A stretch of 59,197 nt of DNA, filler included, from Catajapyx aquilonaris (lineage: Eukaryota): assembly GCA_000934665.2 (NCBI GenBank). It is 4 parts of 4 records of this genome, joined end to end, with 100 filler letters (N's around TTAATTAATTAA, not from the genome) between each part and the next. Parts side by side here need not be neighbours in the genome. Positions count along the whole stretch, not along the records: positions 1 to 14,725 come from JYFJ02007703.1; 3 more parts are not named here. The stretch is one strand, 5' to 3'. The notes beneath the pieces were generated by a model. The model was not told the DNA's origin. It did no database searches and saw nothing but the letters and a program-made list of their open reading frames with translations. Positions 1-11,686 of this stretch are shown piece after piece. A program made the position numbers and the translations under genes. Position 1 is the first letter of the stretch. Every line of letters starts with the position of its first letter.

Positions 1-96
1 GGGGGGGGTCCAATGGATACCACGGTAGGTCACTGGGGGGGAGGGGGGGTCAAGAAGTGGCCTAAAAATCGGTCACGTGGTATTTGCACGACCCCT
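1..96. mobile_element. Right end of a G-rich MITE, truncated by the contig start
   Basis: Ends in ...GGTCACGTGGTATTTGCACGACCCC followed by TTA, with G-runs inside. Resembles the termini of common arthropod non-autonomous DNA elements. The other end is not in the window. Confidence 0.4.
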
Positions 97-146
97 TAGG
101 CATTGAAGGATGAACAAATTTTTGCATTTTGCTCACTAGGTGTTAA

Positions 147-436
147 CCCTGGAACCGTGCTATGCCTACGAGTATTACGGCAACCGTGCCGTGGGGTCTT
201 TTCGGACCCCACCATATTTTAATTTTTATTAATTATTATATAATACTTTTCAATGTATTGACTATATGCAATCATTCTTTGAACAATGCCTAAAAGGATC
301 GCCAATTCAAAATAAACCTGCACTTCCTGTTATATACTGTAAAAAAAATGACAAAAGTTCATTGTAATGAATAATGATCATTTTAATGCATTTTTTTCCT
401 TGGGGTCCAAAAAGACCCCATGGCACAGTTCCAGGG
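147..436. mobile_element. piggyBac-type MITE
   Basis: TTAA on both sides (143-146, 437-440). TIR CCCTGGAAC(C/T)GTGC(T/C)ATG and subterminal inverted GGGGTCTTTT(C/T)GGACCCC. Confidence 0.85.
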
Positions 437-935
437 TTAATCAAGCTGGATGGGTGACCATATCTAAGGTTGATTCAAATGAAAGTGAGCCAGTCAACCA
501 TGCACTTATTATTAAAACTTAACACTACCCAGAATTTTTTAGGCTAAATCCCAACATTGGCAAGTGACACACAGGGATGTAAGATTGAGGAGGGAAGCAA
601 AAGGAAATAGGGGGCAATAATGGCTTGGAGTGTATGACTTGTTCAGTACTCCCCAAGAATGGTGGGGCATGTCCCACTGGCAGATTAACCACTTCGCTGC
701 CATGGTGGCCTCGTGTGAAAATAGCCTTACTCTGACGGGATTTGATTGCTTATTGCACATGGACGATGCATTCGGGGACCAAGGCCGGATTATTCGGAGG
801 CCCTTGAGCTGGCTTTTGCTTCTTTGAAACTGGTGGAGTGGATGTGACATCACAAAACTTTAAAGGTGCCATATGCATTAACGATGCACAGCCGCCCAAA
901 ACTAATTGCACATCCCTATATAAGTTTTGCGAGTA

Positions 936-1796
936 CAGTAAAACTTCTATAAGTCGAACTTCCCCGAGTCGAAGAAAATGACGAGCTTGGTTGGTCACAA
1001 TGTAAAATAATAGGAAATAAACTTCCCTAACTCAAATTTCTATAACTCGAAGTTCTCCATAACTCGAAGTGCTGGCAGGGCCTTACGATGGGATATCAAT
1101 GCATTTCCCTAAGTCGAAGTTCATGTTGGCGACTGGCGAGTAAGGAATATTTTCTCATTTCCCAGCCGAAGGGTCGAGTACGCCACATGTACAGAAAGGC
1201 TCAATTTCCTGATTTCCGTCTACCAGATGTACCGAAAGAAGTGTTTGACTCGATTGTGACAATTGAATCCTTGAATCTAAGGGTAGGCAAATGTCCATAA
1301 CATAGTTTTTTTTTACATCAAAACAACGAGGAACATTGTAAGTGTGATAGTGACAGTTATTTTCAAGTTATGAACACCTTTCGTCGCTGGATATAAAGGT
1401 ACGTTTCCTTACATCGTTATGTGCTTTAAAAATTTCAAACTTCTCTAACTCAACAACAACATCACGACATTTCCCTATGAGGGGTAGTCAGCGATGAAGG
1501 GAGACGCAAGCTAACCCAACATATGAACTAATAAAACTCTTGAGAATAAACCTAAAAACATCCTGTCCCACCCCCCACCCCTGCCCACCTCAGATATCAC
1601 CTTATCCTCAGACATATTTACCCATTAATTAACCTACGCCATTTACACCTATCCAAACAAACAACCCTAGCCTCAGCCACGTCCATGGTCCTATTGACAC
1701 AAGAACGTCTCGGCTTAACACTAGCAACACCCTTAAGACACTGACCCACCTGGTCCAAGTTTTTTCCCGGTCCCATGGAGATTCGCAGTTTTACTG
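936..1796. mobile_element. pogo/Tigger-type MITE, copy 1, interrupted by an RTE LINE fragment
   Basis: TA|CAGTAAAAC...GTTTTACTG|TA. Colinear, in inverted orientation, with copy 2 at 7474-9995. Confidence 0.85.
1451..1758 (-). mobile_element. 5'-truncated RTE-clade non-LTR retrotransposon (ORF end, 3'UTR and (GTT)n tail)
   Basis: Minus strand 1758-1618 reads LDQVGQCLKGVASVKPRRSCVNRTMDVAEARVVCLDRCKWRRLING*, an RTE-type C-terminal EAxxxxxDRxxWR motif, followed by a GTT-repeat tail. The same 3' end occurs at 44478-44574. Confidence 0.75.
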
Positions 1797-2058
1797 TACT
1801 ATCAGTCTACCTGCCGATTGGGCGCGAGTTTCCCTTCACCCTGTATTTGATCTACAACTCCATTACAATGAAGCTCACTGCTAATAAGATGAATAGCATG
1901 CTACACCTGCAATAGGTGGCAATGCTTCTCTCCCACTGATAATGTGGCTGCACGACAAACTCAAGCGACTGCCGACAAATTCCTCGTGCAACCATTAGTC
2001 TCCGATAATAACGCAATGAATTTCTCAGTTTACACAAAATAACAACCACCATTATTAC

Positions 2059-2256
2059 CGAGTAATGCATATGGAGAAGGTCCCCCCTCTTAGATCTCAG
2101 GCTGCAATTATCGACCCTCTTCTTCACTCCAATCTGCAGCTTCCTGGACTTCTTCTTTACCTCCTCGCTCTCACCAGCCAGGCAGCAACTCACAATGGAA
2201 GCCACCAACACCAGAAGGGCTACACGGCCAGCTCCATCATCTCCGAAGAAGCGCAT
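2059..2256 (-). CDS. FKBP2: Peptidyl-prolyl cis-trans isomerase FKBP2 (FKBP13), first coding exon; remaining exons lie off the contig
   Basis: Hydrophobic signal peptide, then KLQIGVKKRVDNCSLRSKRGDLLHMHYS, followed by a phase-0 GT donor at 2058. Confidence 0.9.
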
Positions 2257-2319
2257 CTCCACCCACCTTTCCCTGACGATAATTACTGACCGGCGTAATC
2301 TACAGATTATTCACCTTCC

Positions 2320-2336
2320 GAGCGCCGCCATTTTCC
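2320..2336 (-). promoter_or_regulatory. AAAATGGCGGCG (YY1-like) motif near the probable FKBP2 start; possible short upstream coding exon
   Basis: Minus strand GGAAAATGGCGGCGCTCGGAAG|GTGA. A 42-bp intron (2314-2273) would join this ATG in frame to the FKBP2 exon. Confidence 0.35.
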
Positions 2337-2633
2337 TCGGGGGGTGGCGCACGCGCGATAAAAAAATAAAAACCACCACCATTTTGCCGGGTCTCGATTC
2401 AAAAACCACAGCTAAATTACTTGGCACAACAGGCCAAGATTTGCCAAATTTCGCCACTAAATCGTGCCTATCAACACCCATATGGTGGAGGTGGGAATAG
2501 TAAAGCAAAAAATTGTGAATTATGCAAGTTATGATGCAAGTTAGGGAAGGGAATATCTGGTCTTGAATCAAAACATGATGGTTTCAGGCAGCCTAAAATC
2601 GTGCTTCTATCATGCAGCATAATGAAAGACTTT

Positions 2634-2775
2634 GGGCCGTTTTCTCGAACAGTGGTTCAAAATATGTAAACCGGGTTCAAAGCCAGTTTAATCCCTGATT
2701 TGATTGTTGTTAGGCTGTTGTCAAGGGTTTAAACCGCGGTGTTTACATTTGAACCACTGTTCGAGAAAACGGCCC
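2634..2775. mobile_element. PIF/Harbinger-like MITE
   Basis: TIR GGGCCGTTTTCTCGAACAGTGGTTCAAA at both ends. Flanks TTT/TTA fit an imperfect 3-bp TSD. Confidence 0.7.
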
Positions 2776-3222
2776 TTACTCATATCTGGGCAACACAGCC
2801 CTCCCCCGAAGTATGTGAATAATTTCCCTGTGTATAAATGTGGCCTGCCCAAATTCCCGCTTCAAGACTGTGGGGGAAGAAATGTGGAATTGTTAAGCCA
2901 GGTAACTCCAGGCACGTTCCAGGTAAGCATTTTAAAACAAGCGCCTGGAGACGGCCATATTGAAACAGGCAAAAAATTACATTATTACACATCTTCACAC
3001 CAGGTTTTTAAAATAACTATTTAATTAATATCATCCTGATGTAGAAAGTGCAAGAGACGTTAATGCAACACCCATCGAATCAGATTAAGGAAAAATTTTG
3101 ATGACCTTATTGTGCACCTGACCACACCACCTGTGAAGTCCTGTAGGCCCAGAAGCAAAGTTTGAATTTCCATCGTCCAACTTCGCTCAGGGGATCTTCT
3201 TGCTCACCGGTTCTCCACCAAC

Positions 3223-4014
3223 ATGGCCAGACTGACTGCTTTTCGGAGTGAGTAACAGCTAATTTTATGTAGCAAAGATTTTAAGAGGGAGGGAGGAAAT
3301 AAAAGTACACAGTTCAAGCTTGGTGCGTGTTCCATTCTTTGCCATGCAGGGACCGAGTATTCTCACTTGAATTACTAACTATATCGAACTTGTGCATAAT
3401 CATAGTCATGGGAAGCAATGAAATTTATATAATTCTGCTGAGCAGTAATTGTGTGCTTGACTTGTGCCCATACATGCAAATTAATTCCATCAATTTTATT
3501 ATTATGTACATTAGATGTCATGAGGGAGTTCTGGTACTCTGAGAGCAACATTATCCGGAACCACGTCCTCATGTCATTGCTACTGGAAGTCCTGCTATAC
3601 CTTGGCATGTACTATTCAGGAATGGTGACCGTCTTGCTTGCCTCCCTGATGTTTGTGAAGTACTTCTTTCTGCCTGGCATCAACCTGGTCACCGAGTCCA
3701 GTCTTATAATTTTGCTTGGCGTCTTCGAGTTCAGCCGTGCGTACCTGGGAATGAAGGGAAACGTGATGCATGAGCTGCTTCCATTGGCCGCCTCAGTAGG
3801 GATGACACTTCCATCCTTCCTGGTGATCCTGTACTTCATGCTGTGGCAGACCTACGTGCTGAGGATTGAGGTTGTGCTGACCACGGTCATGATTGCAATG
3901 CAAGGAATTCAACTGACGTTTGGCTGCATTTGCCTAAACTTGATTTATGCGGAAATTTCTCATAGGCCCGTTTTGTTTTGGACTAAAAATCCAGAACACA
4001 TTAAGGAGATGTGA
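3223..4014 (+). CDS. TMEM216: Ciliary transition-zone membrane protein TMEM216-like; exons 3223-3247, 3515-4014
   Basis: Four hydrophobic segments with RAYLGMKGN and YFMLWQTYVLRIEVVL (compare TMEM216 RLFFGTKGN and YYLLLQTYVLRLEAIM). A phase-1 GT-AG intron 3248-3514 gives MARLTAFRNVMREF. AATAAA near 4041. Confidence 0.85.
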
Positions 4015-4252
4015 TTTTCAATATTGATGTTTTGGAAGTAAATAAATACCATTGTTTTAATACCATGTTTTCATGCATTCCCATATAAGTACAAATGCAT
4101 TTAAATGATCTGAACTCTACCTACTAAGGTGCTAGCACATCATCATGTAAAATGAGATATTAGACATTTAATGATGCAGATTGTTTTACTGTCTTTGCTG
4201 GCCTACTTTTATTCTCTGGTTACAGTAAATGCACAAAAAAATTGCAACAAAT

Positions 4253-4938
4253 ACTGTATTACCTCACTTAAATCGGCATGCTGGTGTAGTCGAGGTTGAC
4301 CAGTTTTTAGAAATTATGCACTATCTGGTGGCTATACCGGCATGCTGGTCAAAGCGAGGTATTCCAGTATACGACGAGGTTTTCTAAAGCACAGCATTAT
4401 CACGATCTCTGTGAAAATTATTATTGCTCAAATGAATGCATTGTGCACCATGTTCTACGTTGCAGATGAAGCCCAGGACACTTCTATTGCCTGGCACATC
4501 CCGTAAGATAATTTGTTAAGTTGAATTTTCATGGCAATATTTTCAATTAAAAGTGCAAGGCTGCAAGAAAGGAAGCATACCTACCAGGATATTTCATGCA
4601 TTGAGTTTGGATTTTATTATCTGATTAACGAGGCTTCTCAGACAAATTGATACCACTACACAAAGTGATCATCCGATTGCCAATGAGATCTCCGAGCAGG
4701 CTGAATATGGGATTGGTCACACTCTATGCCCTTTGCAACAGATGAATTTGCATATTCTCACAGCCCTGTGGACCTATACTCGCACATTTTCAACATAACA
4801 TTATTTTAGTACAGTACCAGATGCATTCCAAAAAATTTGACAAGGATCAAAATTATGGAAATCTACCTCGGTTATTGCGGCATGCTGACCACCCCTGGGT
4901 TATACTGGTATGCCGCTTTAAGCGAGATATTATGGGTA
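4253..4938. mobile_element. Degenerate Tigger-like MITE
   Basis: Imperfect inverted ends (TACTGTATTACCTCACTTAAATCGGCATGC vs reverse complement TACCCATAATATCTCGCTTAAAGCGGCATAC) and repeated CGGCATGCTG motifs. Confidence 0.4.
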
Positions 4939-4956
4939 TGACAAACTCCAACAGTG

Positions 4957-5071
4957 CTATAGATCGGTCGCTATACAAATGCAACCGAGTAGCCAATTTT
5001 ATTACATGAAGGAATACAGTTTGTAATAAAATTGGCCACTCGGTTGTGGTCGTATAGCGACCGATCTATAG
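4957..5071. repeat. Palindromic mini-element (hairpin MITE)
   Basis: Arms CTATAGATCGGTCGCTATAC..CAACCGAGTAGCCAATTTTATTACA and its near-perfect reverse complement around a ~15-nt loop. Confidence 0.75.
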
Positions 5072-5750
5072 TTGCTCACAATTCAAGTCCATAAATGAGG
5101 CATGATAAAATGAGTGCTAGTCCCTAAATACAACAGTTCCAAATTGTTCAATAGTTCAATACTGTCTGCATGATGCTGTCAAATGCAAAAAGAGGACACC
5201 ATAGCATAAAAAGGGCTGAATGTCCAAACCTGCAACAAGAGGATGAAATCTGGAAATCCCATTTACAGCCATACAAATCGAATCTACAAAATTGGCATTT
5301 TCTCGGAATAGGGTTCGGCGAAGATATCCGCTTTTGGCGGCTGCATCTTCACATATGGTACTGGAAAAATAGTTCTCCATGCCAATTTGATGTGAAGCTA
5401 TCAAATCCCATGTATGCACATAGGATTATAACACCAGACAAGATATACAGTTCGTCGTTAATCTGACAAAAGGACGAATTCAACATTTTCCTAATTTTAC
5501 AGGAGAGCCAAAAGAAACCTGAAAACCCCTATACAAATACATGGGATGGCCTTTTTATTTTCCGTTATAACTCTTACGCCATTTGTCCCCTGTTTTGTCA
5601 GAATCTGACCCAACACTTGATGGTGCTGGCAGAGGCCACAATCCGATTCTAGCAAAAATGTCTAATTTATGAATGCTATAAAAAATGCTTGATTAATAAC
5701 AATACAATGAAAACTGGTTTATCTGCATGATGAAAATGAAAATTTTCGAG

Positions 5751-5945
5751 TGGAGGCGGAGTGGTGCTGCGGTAACCTATGCGTTCGATCCCAACCCGGG
5801 GACACCCCCTTCATCTCGTGCAGAGTTCATGAGTCATCTCTGACTTTGTCTCGGGTGGAATTTCCTTAGACTAATCCACCCGGGGGAGCTCACAAAATGA
5901 CCACATTTCAGACAGGCACTACACTTGCACATCCCCTCCTGTCAT
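5751..5945 (+). mobile_element. tRNA-derived SINE, copy 1 (deleted between A and B boxes)
   Basis: TGGTGCTGCGG and GTTCGATCCC boxes. Body TAGACTAATCCACCCGGGGGAG(C/T)TCACAAAATGACCAC is shared with the copies at 13476 and 21515. Confidence 0.75.
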
Positions 5946-7090
5946 CCTGCCCGTGGGCCCGGGCGTTGTAAAAATAGGATTCCAACAAAAGGTAATAACA
6001 CTTCAATAAAGGTCTGGCAGAAAACCCCTAGGGGTGCGCCTATCACCCAATTATATATATATTTTTTAAAAAATCCCTATTTGCAAAAAAATAAAATTAT
6101 GCCGTTGAATAATGACTTCACTTGATCAATACAATCATACGAGAACGTTTTAACAGTAGGTAGTACAGATGAGCAAATGTTTTCTGTGACTTCTTTCTTG
6201 AGTTTTCGCGAAATAAATAGAACCGCCAAAATGAGCATGATAGTACTGTACAGTAGGCATCAGAAATTAGGAACACCTAGGTACCCGAAATTAGGAACAT
6301 GACAACTTTCTACTGTGACTGCTTTATTATTGGATTGCATAGCTTAAGTGCTGGGAAATGATGGCCAATAATAGCATACGCTGCAGTCCACCATGCACTT
6401 AAAAACAAACTGGTGTCAAAGGTTGCAGAATGCTGGGGATGTAGGGGGGTACTGCCAGATCACCAATTCCATCTTTGTGGCAATTTACCACTGTCACCAG
6501 CAATTGCAACACATTATCACGGAGATAGCCTAGTGGTCGGAATTAGGCGCATGGTCGAAATATGGACCCCTTCCCCTACCTGTTGCAGAGTAAATGCAGT
6601 TGAGTTTCCAATTAGTGGAAGGTAGGCTATAGCAATGCTATACAAAACAATTGGCTACTAATTTATAAGTGCCCTAAGACTATGAACTCAATATGTCAGT
6701 GGTTCCCAATCCCTATTGCTAGGGACCTTGTACTGGTCACCATCATGAATATTACTGATGAGTCTTCCATCTGCACCCTTCCACACTACCTCCACAGATC
6801 ACTTCAGGATTTACCATTACCATGCAACCAGCACCAAATCAATTTAACACTTCAGTCTCAGAAGTGCCATAGTATGGAGTGCATACCGGTACCTTACAGA
6901 GAGGAGGTCAGCTAGCCATGAGGGTGGATGGCAGGAATGGTGCAGGTTGATTTAGTGCAGCAGCAATCAGGAAGGCAAGAAAGCAGACCAATTGGAACAG
7001 AGCATGAGATAGACAAAACTGCTTCTATGGATGCAATATTACAAACTGGTGCTCAAGTTGCGCTTATGTCCAAGATCAACATATGAAGGG

Positions 7091-7310
7091 TTTGGTGCAA
7101 AAACAGGATAAGTCCACTTTTGTTACTTTAGAGAAAACAAAGAAAAACTGAATTTCCAGCAAGTTTTGAAAATGTTTCTAATGATACTTTTTTTGTTTAA
7201 TGGGTTGTTGATACCTTAGTCAACATGCACCCCAATATGAAGTTTGTATTATGCATATTACACATGCTACAGTAGAATATAATGTGGACATGTCTTGTTT
7301 TTGCACCAAA
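7091..7310. mobile_element. Small degenerate TIR element
   Basis: TTTGGTGCAAAAACAGGATAAGTCCAC ... GTGGACATGTCTTGTTTTTGCACCAAA form an inverted pair. Confidence 0.5.
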
Positions 7311-7473
7311 TGGGAACCAGGCATGTCCGAATAAAATTTTTGGTGTATGTTATGAGTATGTTATGAGCATGAACAAACTTTTTTCTGAATTTATAGGCGT
7401 ACATAGTGGTACAAACTCATCAGTCATCACCTCATACATCATCAGACTCCTCATCACTCGGTTCGGCCATATA

Positions 7474-9995
7474 CAGTAAAACTTTTATAAGTCGAATCTC
7501 CATGGGATCGAAAAAAACGGAGTTATAGAAGATTCGAGTGAGAGAAGTTTGGATTTTTTAAAGCAGAGAACTCTATAAGGAAGCCTACCTTTATATGCAG
7601 CGATGAAAGGTGCTCATAACTTAAAAATAACTGTCACTATCACACTTGGGCAATTCCACGTGAACGTGATCACCTTTTGCACGAAATTTTTTTCCTGTCG
7701 ATGAGTGAGAGATATGTTTAGGTCCAGGTCATGTTAGGACCTTTCCCACAAGGATTTGGTCCGCCGATGCGTGGTTGCCTATCTACAGGCGCTAATTGCA
7801 CTTGGATCACAGTTAGAGGCGCCCCCTATTACATTTACATGACAACGTAAATGCATGATGTAATACATGTTTCATGTGTGAAATTGCCTCCTCTTTCCAA
7901 CAAAAATAGTCAATTTCCGATAGCTGTGCAAATTCATGTCAAAATGCAACATTTTTGCAAACAAATGACATTTTCAAAAAAGAGCCAAAGTCAAATGTCA
8001 TCACATTGATATCAAAATACACCTCACAGTGTCCTCTACCAGTGATACAAACGGAATTTTGGAATACGAAATGGTTACGGAGCTATAGATACTGATGTGG
8101 AGCGCTGCGCTAGTGGCCACGCCCGCAGAATGAAAAGGAGCGGCCCACCTAGGTCCGTCTTCATGTCTCAGGTAGTGTACGCTTGTCCTTCGTGTTTAAT
8201 TCACTTAATAATATAGTTCCAAAAAAATTTTACCATAGAATAGTAAGAATAAATGAAAATTCCCTTGTCATGTTCAACCAAGTTTCAATTTTCACAAGTG
8301 TCAAGTGTGTGTTAAAATATCCTTGATTATTTAGAATAGAGAAACATATATGTAGCCTACTTTTTATTTTTATGTTCATTCCTCTATTTGTTCCTAGTCA
8401 CAGTCCAAATGAATGTTCACTGTTGAGACCTGTACGAAATTCCTTGCGGCTCCATACGGGCCCCTTGCTTTCACTATAATGGAATATATTGCACTCCTGC
8501 ACCCCTCCACGTCAGTGATTATAGCTCCGTAATCCTTGCTTATGCCAAAATTCCGTTTGTATGGCTGATAGAGGACACTATGAGGAATTTTTTGATATCA
8601 ATGTGATGACTGATGGCATTTAACTTTGGCTCTCGTTTTGAAAATTTCATTTGTTTGCAAATTCTCGCTTTTTGCCATGAATTTGCACATCTGTCAGGAA
8701 GTTAGCATTTTTGTCGAAAAGAGGAGACAATTTCACATATGAAACTTGTATCACATCAAGCATTTACATCGTCGTGTAAATGTGATCAAAGTATAATTTG
8801 CGCCTGTAGAGAGGCAACCACGCATCAGCGGACCAAATCCTTATCCGAAAGGTTCTAACCTGGACCTCAACATATCTCACACTTTGACACTTATCGAGGG
8901 TCAAATTTTTTCGTACAAAAGGTCATCACGTTCACGTGGAATTGCCCAGGAGCGGACCAAATTTATTTGGAACTATATTTCTAGATATACTAAAACTATA
9001 ACTACTTTAACTATATTATTAAGTGAATTAAACACAAAGGACAAGCGTACACTACCTGAGACATGAAGACGGACCTATAGGTGGGCCGCTCCTTTTCATT
9101 CTGCGGGCCTGGCCACTAGCGCAGCGCTCCACATCAGTATCTATAGCTCCGTAACCATTTCGTATTCCAAAATTCCGTTTGTATCACTGGTAGAGGACAC
9201 TGTGAGGTGTATTTTGATATCAATGTGATGACATTTGACTTTGGCTCTTTTTTGAAAATGTCATTTGTTTGCAAAAATGTTGCATTTTGACATGAATTTG
9301 CACAGCTATCGGAAAGTGACTATTTTTGTTGGAAAGAGGAGACAATTTCACACATGAAACATGTCCATTACATCATGCATTTACGTTGTCATGTAAATGT
9401 AATAGGGAAGCGCCTCTAACTGTGATCCAAGTGCAATTAGCGCTTGTAGATAGGCAACCACGCATCAGTGGACCAAATCCTTGTGGGAAAGGTCCGAACA
9501 TGACCTGGACCTAAACATATCTCACACTCATCGACAGGCAAATTTTTTCGTGCAAAAGGTGATCACGTTCACGTGGAATTGCCCACTTACAATGTTCCTC
9601 GTTGTTTTGGTGTAAAAAAAATTCTGTTATGGACATTTGCCTACTCTTAGATTCAAGGATTCAATTGACACAATCGAGTCAAACACTTCTTTTGGTACGT
9701 CTGGTAGACGGAGATCAGGAAATTGAGCCCTTCTGTACATGTGGCCTACTCTCGACCCTTCGGCTGGGAAATGAGAAAATTTTCCGTACTCGCCAATATG
9801 AACTTCGACTTAGGGAGACTGAAAATGCATTGATATCCCATCGTAAGGCCCTGCTTGCACTTATATAGTTATGGAGAACTTTGCATTACAGAAATTCGAG
9901 TTAGGGAAGTTTATTTCCTATTATTTTACATTGTGACCAACCAAGCTCATCATTTTCTTCGACTTAGGGAAGTTCAACTTATAGAAGTTTTACTG
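7474..9995. mobile_element. pogo/Tigger-type MITE, copy 2, split by a nested Sola2-like element
   Basis: TA|CAGTAAAACTT(T/C)TATAAGT...ACTTATAGAAGTTTTACTG|TA. Segments 7474-7647 and 9585-9995 rejoin to match copy 1. Confidence 0.85.
7648..9584. mobile_element. Non-autonomous Sola2-like DNA transposon with ~570-bp TIRs and an extra internal TIR
   Basis: GGGCAATTCCACGTGAACGTGATCACC termini and a 4-bp TSD ACTT (7644-47, 9585-88). The empty site is visible in MITE copy 1. A diverged third TIR lies at ~8500-8947. Confidence 0.8.
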
Positions 9996-10289
9996 TACTG
10001 CACTTTCGTGACTTATATGCTTATACCAATGTGGCATTCCATCATGTTAACTAGGACCACTTTTCCGACAAATATTTTCCGATTTCGACCAAAATTCAGA
10101 GATTTGTAGTAGTCATTGTTGTATGTAGAGAATCGAGATTTCGTCTCTCTGTGATACGTGGTTGTGACAGGGTGTGTAGTGTAATTGCAATTTTTCACTC
10201 ATTTGAATGCATTTTAAGCTGTCATGGCTTTAAATGGAGGCCCGTAACTTCTGAACCCCTCAAGTGAATCCAAATGGGGGGATGGGGGG

Positions 10290-10413
10290 GGGGNGGTACG
10301 TGGCCACAGTTATGCTTATAAATTAAAAAATTACTAAACTTGTTTAAAAATCAGAAAGGTTACTTTACTATCATAAAAGGGGGTCTCAACCTGAAAAAGG
10401 TTGGGAACCACTG
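10290..10413. mobile_element. hAT/Charlie-like element right end
   Basis: Ends in AAAAAGGTTGGGAACCACTG (reverse complement CAGTGGTTCCCAACCTTTTT). The left end was not found. Confidence 0.45.
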
Positions 10414-10619
10414 GTCTGGAAAGTTAACTTAAAGTGCAGTTGTTTTTTTCCAGACAATCAACAACAAACCATTGGAATTACTCATAGCTAACTGTTCTTG
10501 TTATAAAATAACTGCTGCAACATTTACTGCAGTCAAATGTTTCCACAGGACATGCCCTCCACCCTCATGGCACCCTTGCACTCCACATCAGTCTCCTCCC
10601 TTTCAACTTACGGTATCAC

Positions 10620-11288
10620 TAGAGTCAGGATTTTTAGGCAAATGCCTATTTAGTTCCTTGGCAGTTGTGATGGTTTTGTGAAGGGATCTATCCATTTCAT
10701 AAGTGCAGGATGTGGAGAATGTAGGTTTTATAGTGCCTGAAATTGTCTATTTCGTGGTTTTGGGAACTATTTTGCCTGGCTTTTTGCACCTATTCGTGCC
10801 TATTTGGCCTTTTTTGGACTTTTTGGACATATTCCTTCCGATGTGTTTTTTTTTTTGGCAGATTATTTTTTGTGCTCCTGAAAGGACCAAAATCGTTCAG
10901 AAGTAACACTATGAATCATGTTTCCGTGATGCGCACGCCAAATATTTTTCTAAATTTTCCTGATTGTTCCAAACAGGAAAATTACCCAAATATTTGGCAA
11001 CATATTGTGCAAGTGGAAACTGGCTATAAGCAGTAATCGAGTCCAGAGCAAGTGATACTTGTTCGCACTTTGCGTTTTTTGCCCAAGTTTCGTGATTTCC
11101 TGTCAGTTTATCGTTTTTATTCGGTGGTTGCTATGGTTTGTGACCTTATAGTATTTATAATTTCGGGTTTAAGCCTATAAAATTATTCAAGCTTTTTTAT
11201 TTTATGTAACATTATCCTCAATACTCCCGAATAAGTAACAATTTTGTGCCTATTTGAGGTTTTTTCGTTCCTAGAAATCTGGACTCTA
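10620..11288. mobile_element. hAT-like non-autonomous element
   Basis: Imperfect 19-bp TIR TAGAGTC(AG/CA)GATTT(T/C)TAGG. 8-bp flanks GGTATCAC/CTTATCAC match 6 of 8. TGCCTATTT subterminal repeats. Confidence 0.6.
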
Positions 11289-11686
11289 CTTATCACCCAT
11301 CAACTTCCATTGGGAAATGACCAGAAACAGATAAAAAAAACTCTAGTAATGAATAATTATTAGATACTCATGTCTGCTTCTTTGTGCGCCTTCTTAAGTG
11401 ACTGACTATACAATCACTGTGCTGCTTTTGGATTTTCACAGTATGAAGAACCAGGAGAACCCTGAGAAAAGCCATGCAAATGGGGAGACTCTATTGAATT
11501 TCTTCTCAGATAATAATATCTGCAGTCTGATCATGGGACCAAACAGGGAGCTGAGGTGGCATGCTGCCCAGAAAAAAATATCTAAGTTATCATATCTGAT
11601 GTTTTTTTATTCCTGCCACTCTCTAAGTGTCAGAGAATGCTGGAAAAGAACATATGAAAAACAAGACCCTGCCTCCACCACTTATT

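Noticed and set aside
6250..7080. Possible pogo end (TACAGTAGGCATCAGAAATTAGGAACA) and transposase relic
   Set aside because: Only one candidate terminus and no convincing peptide motif.
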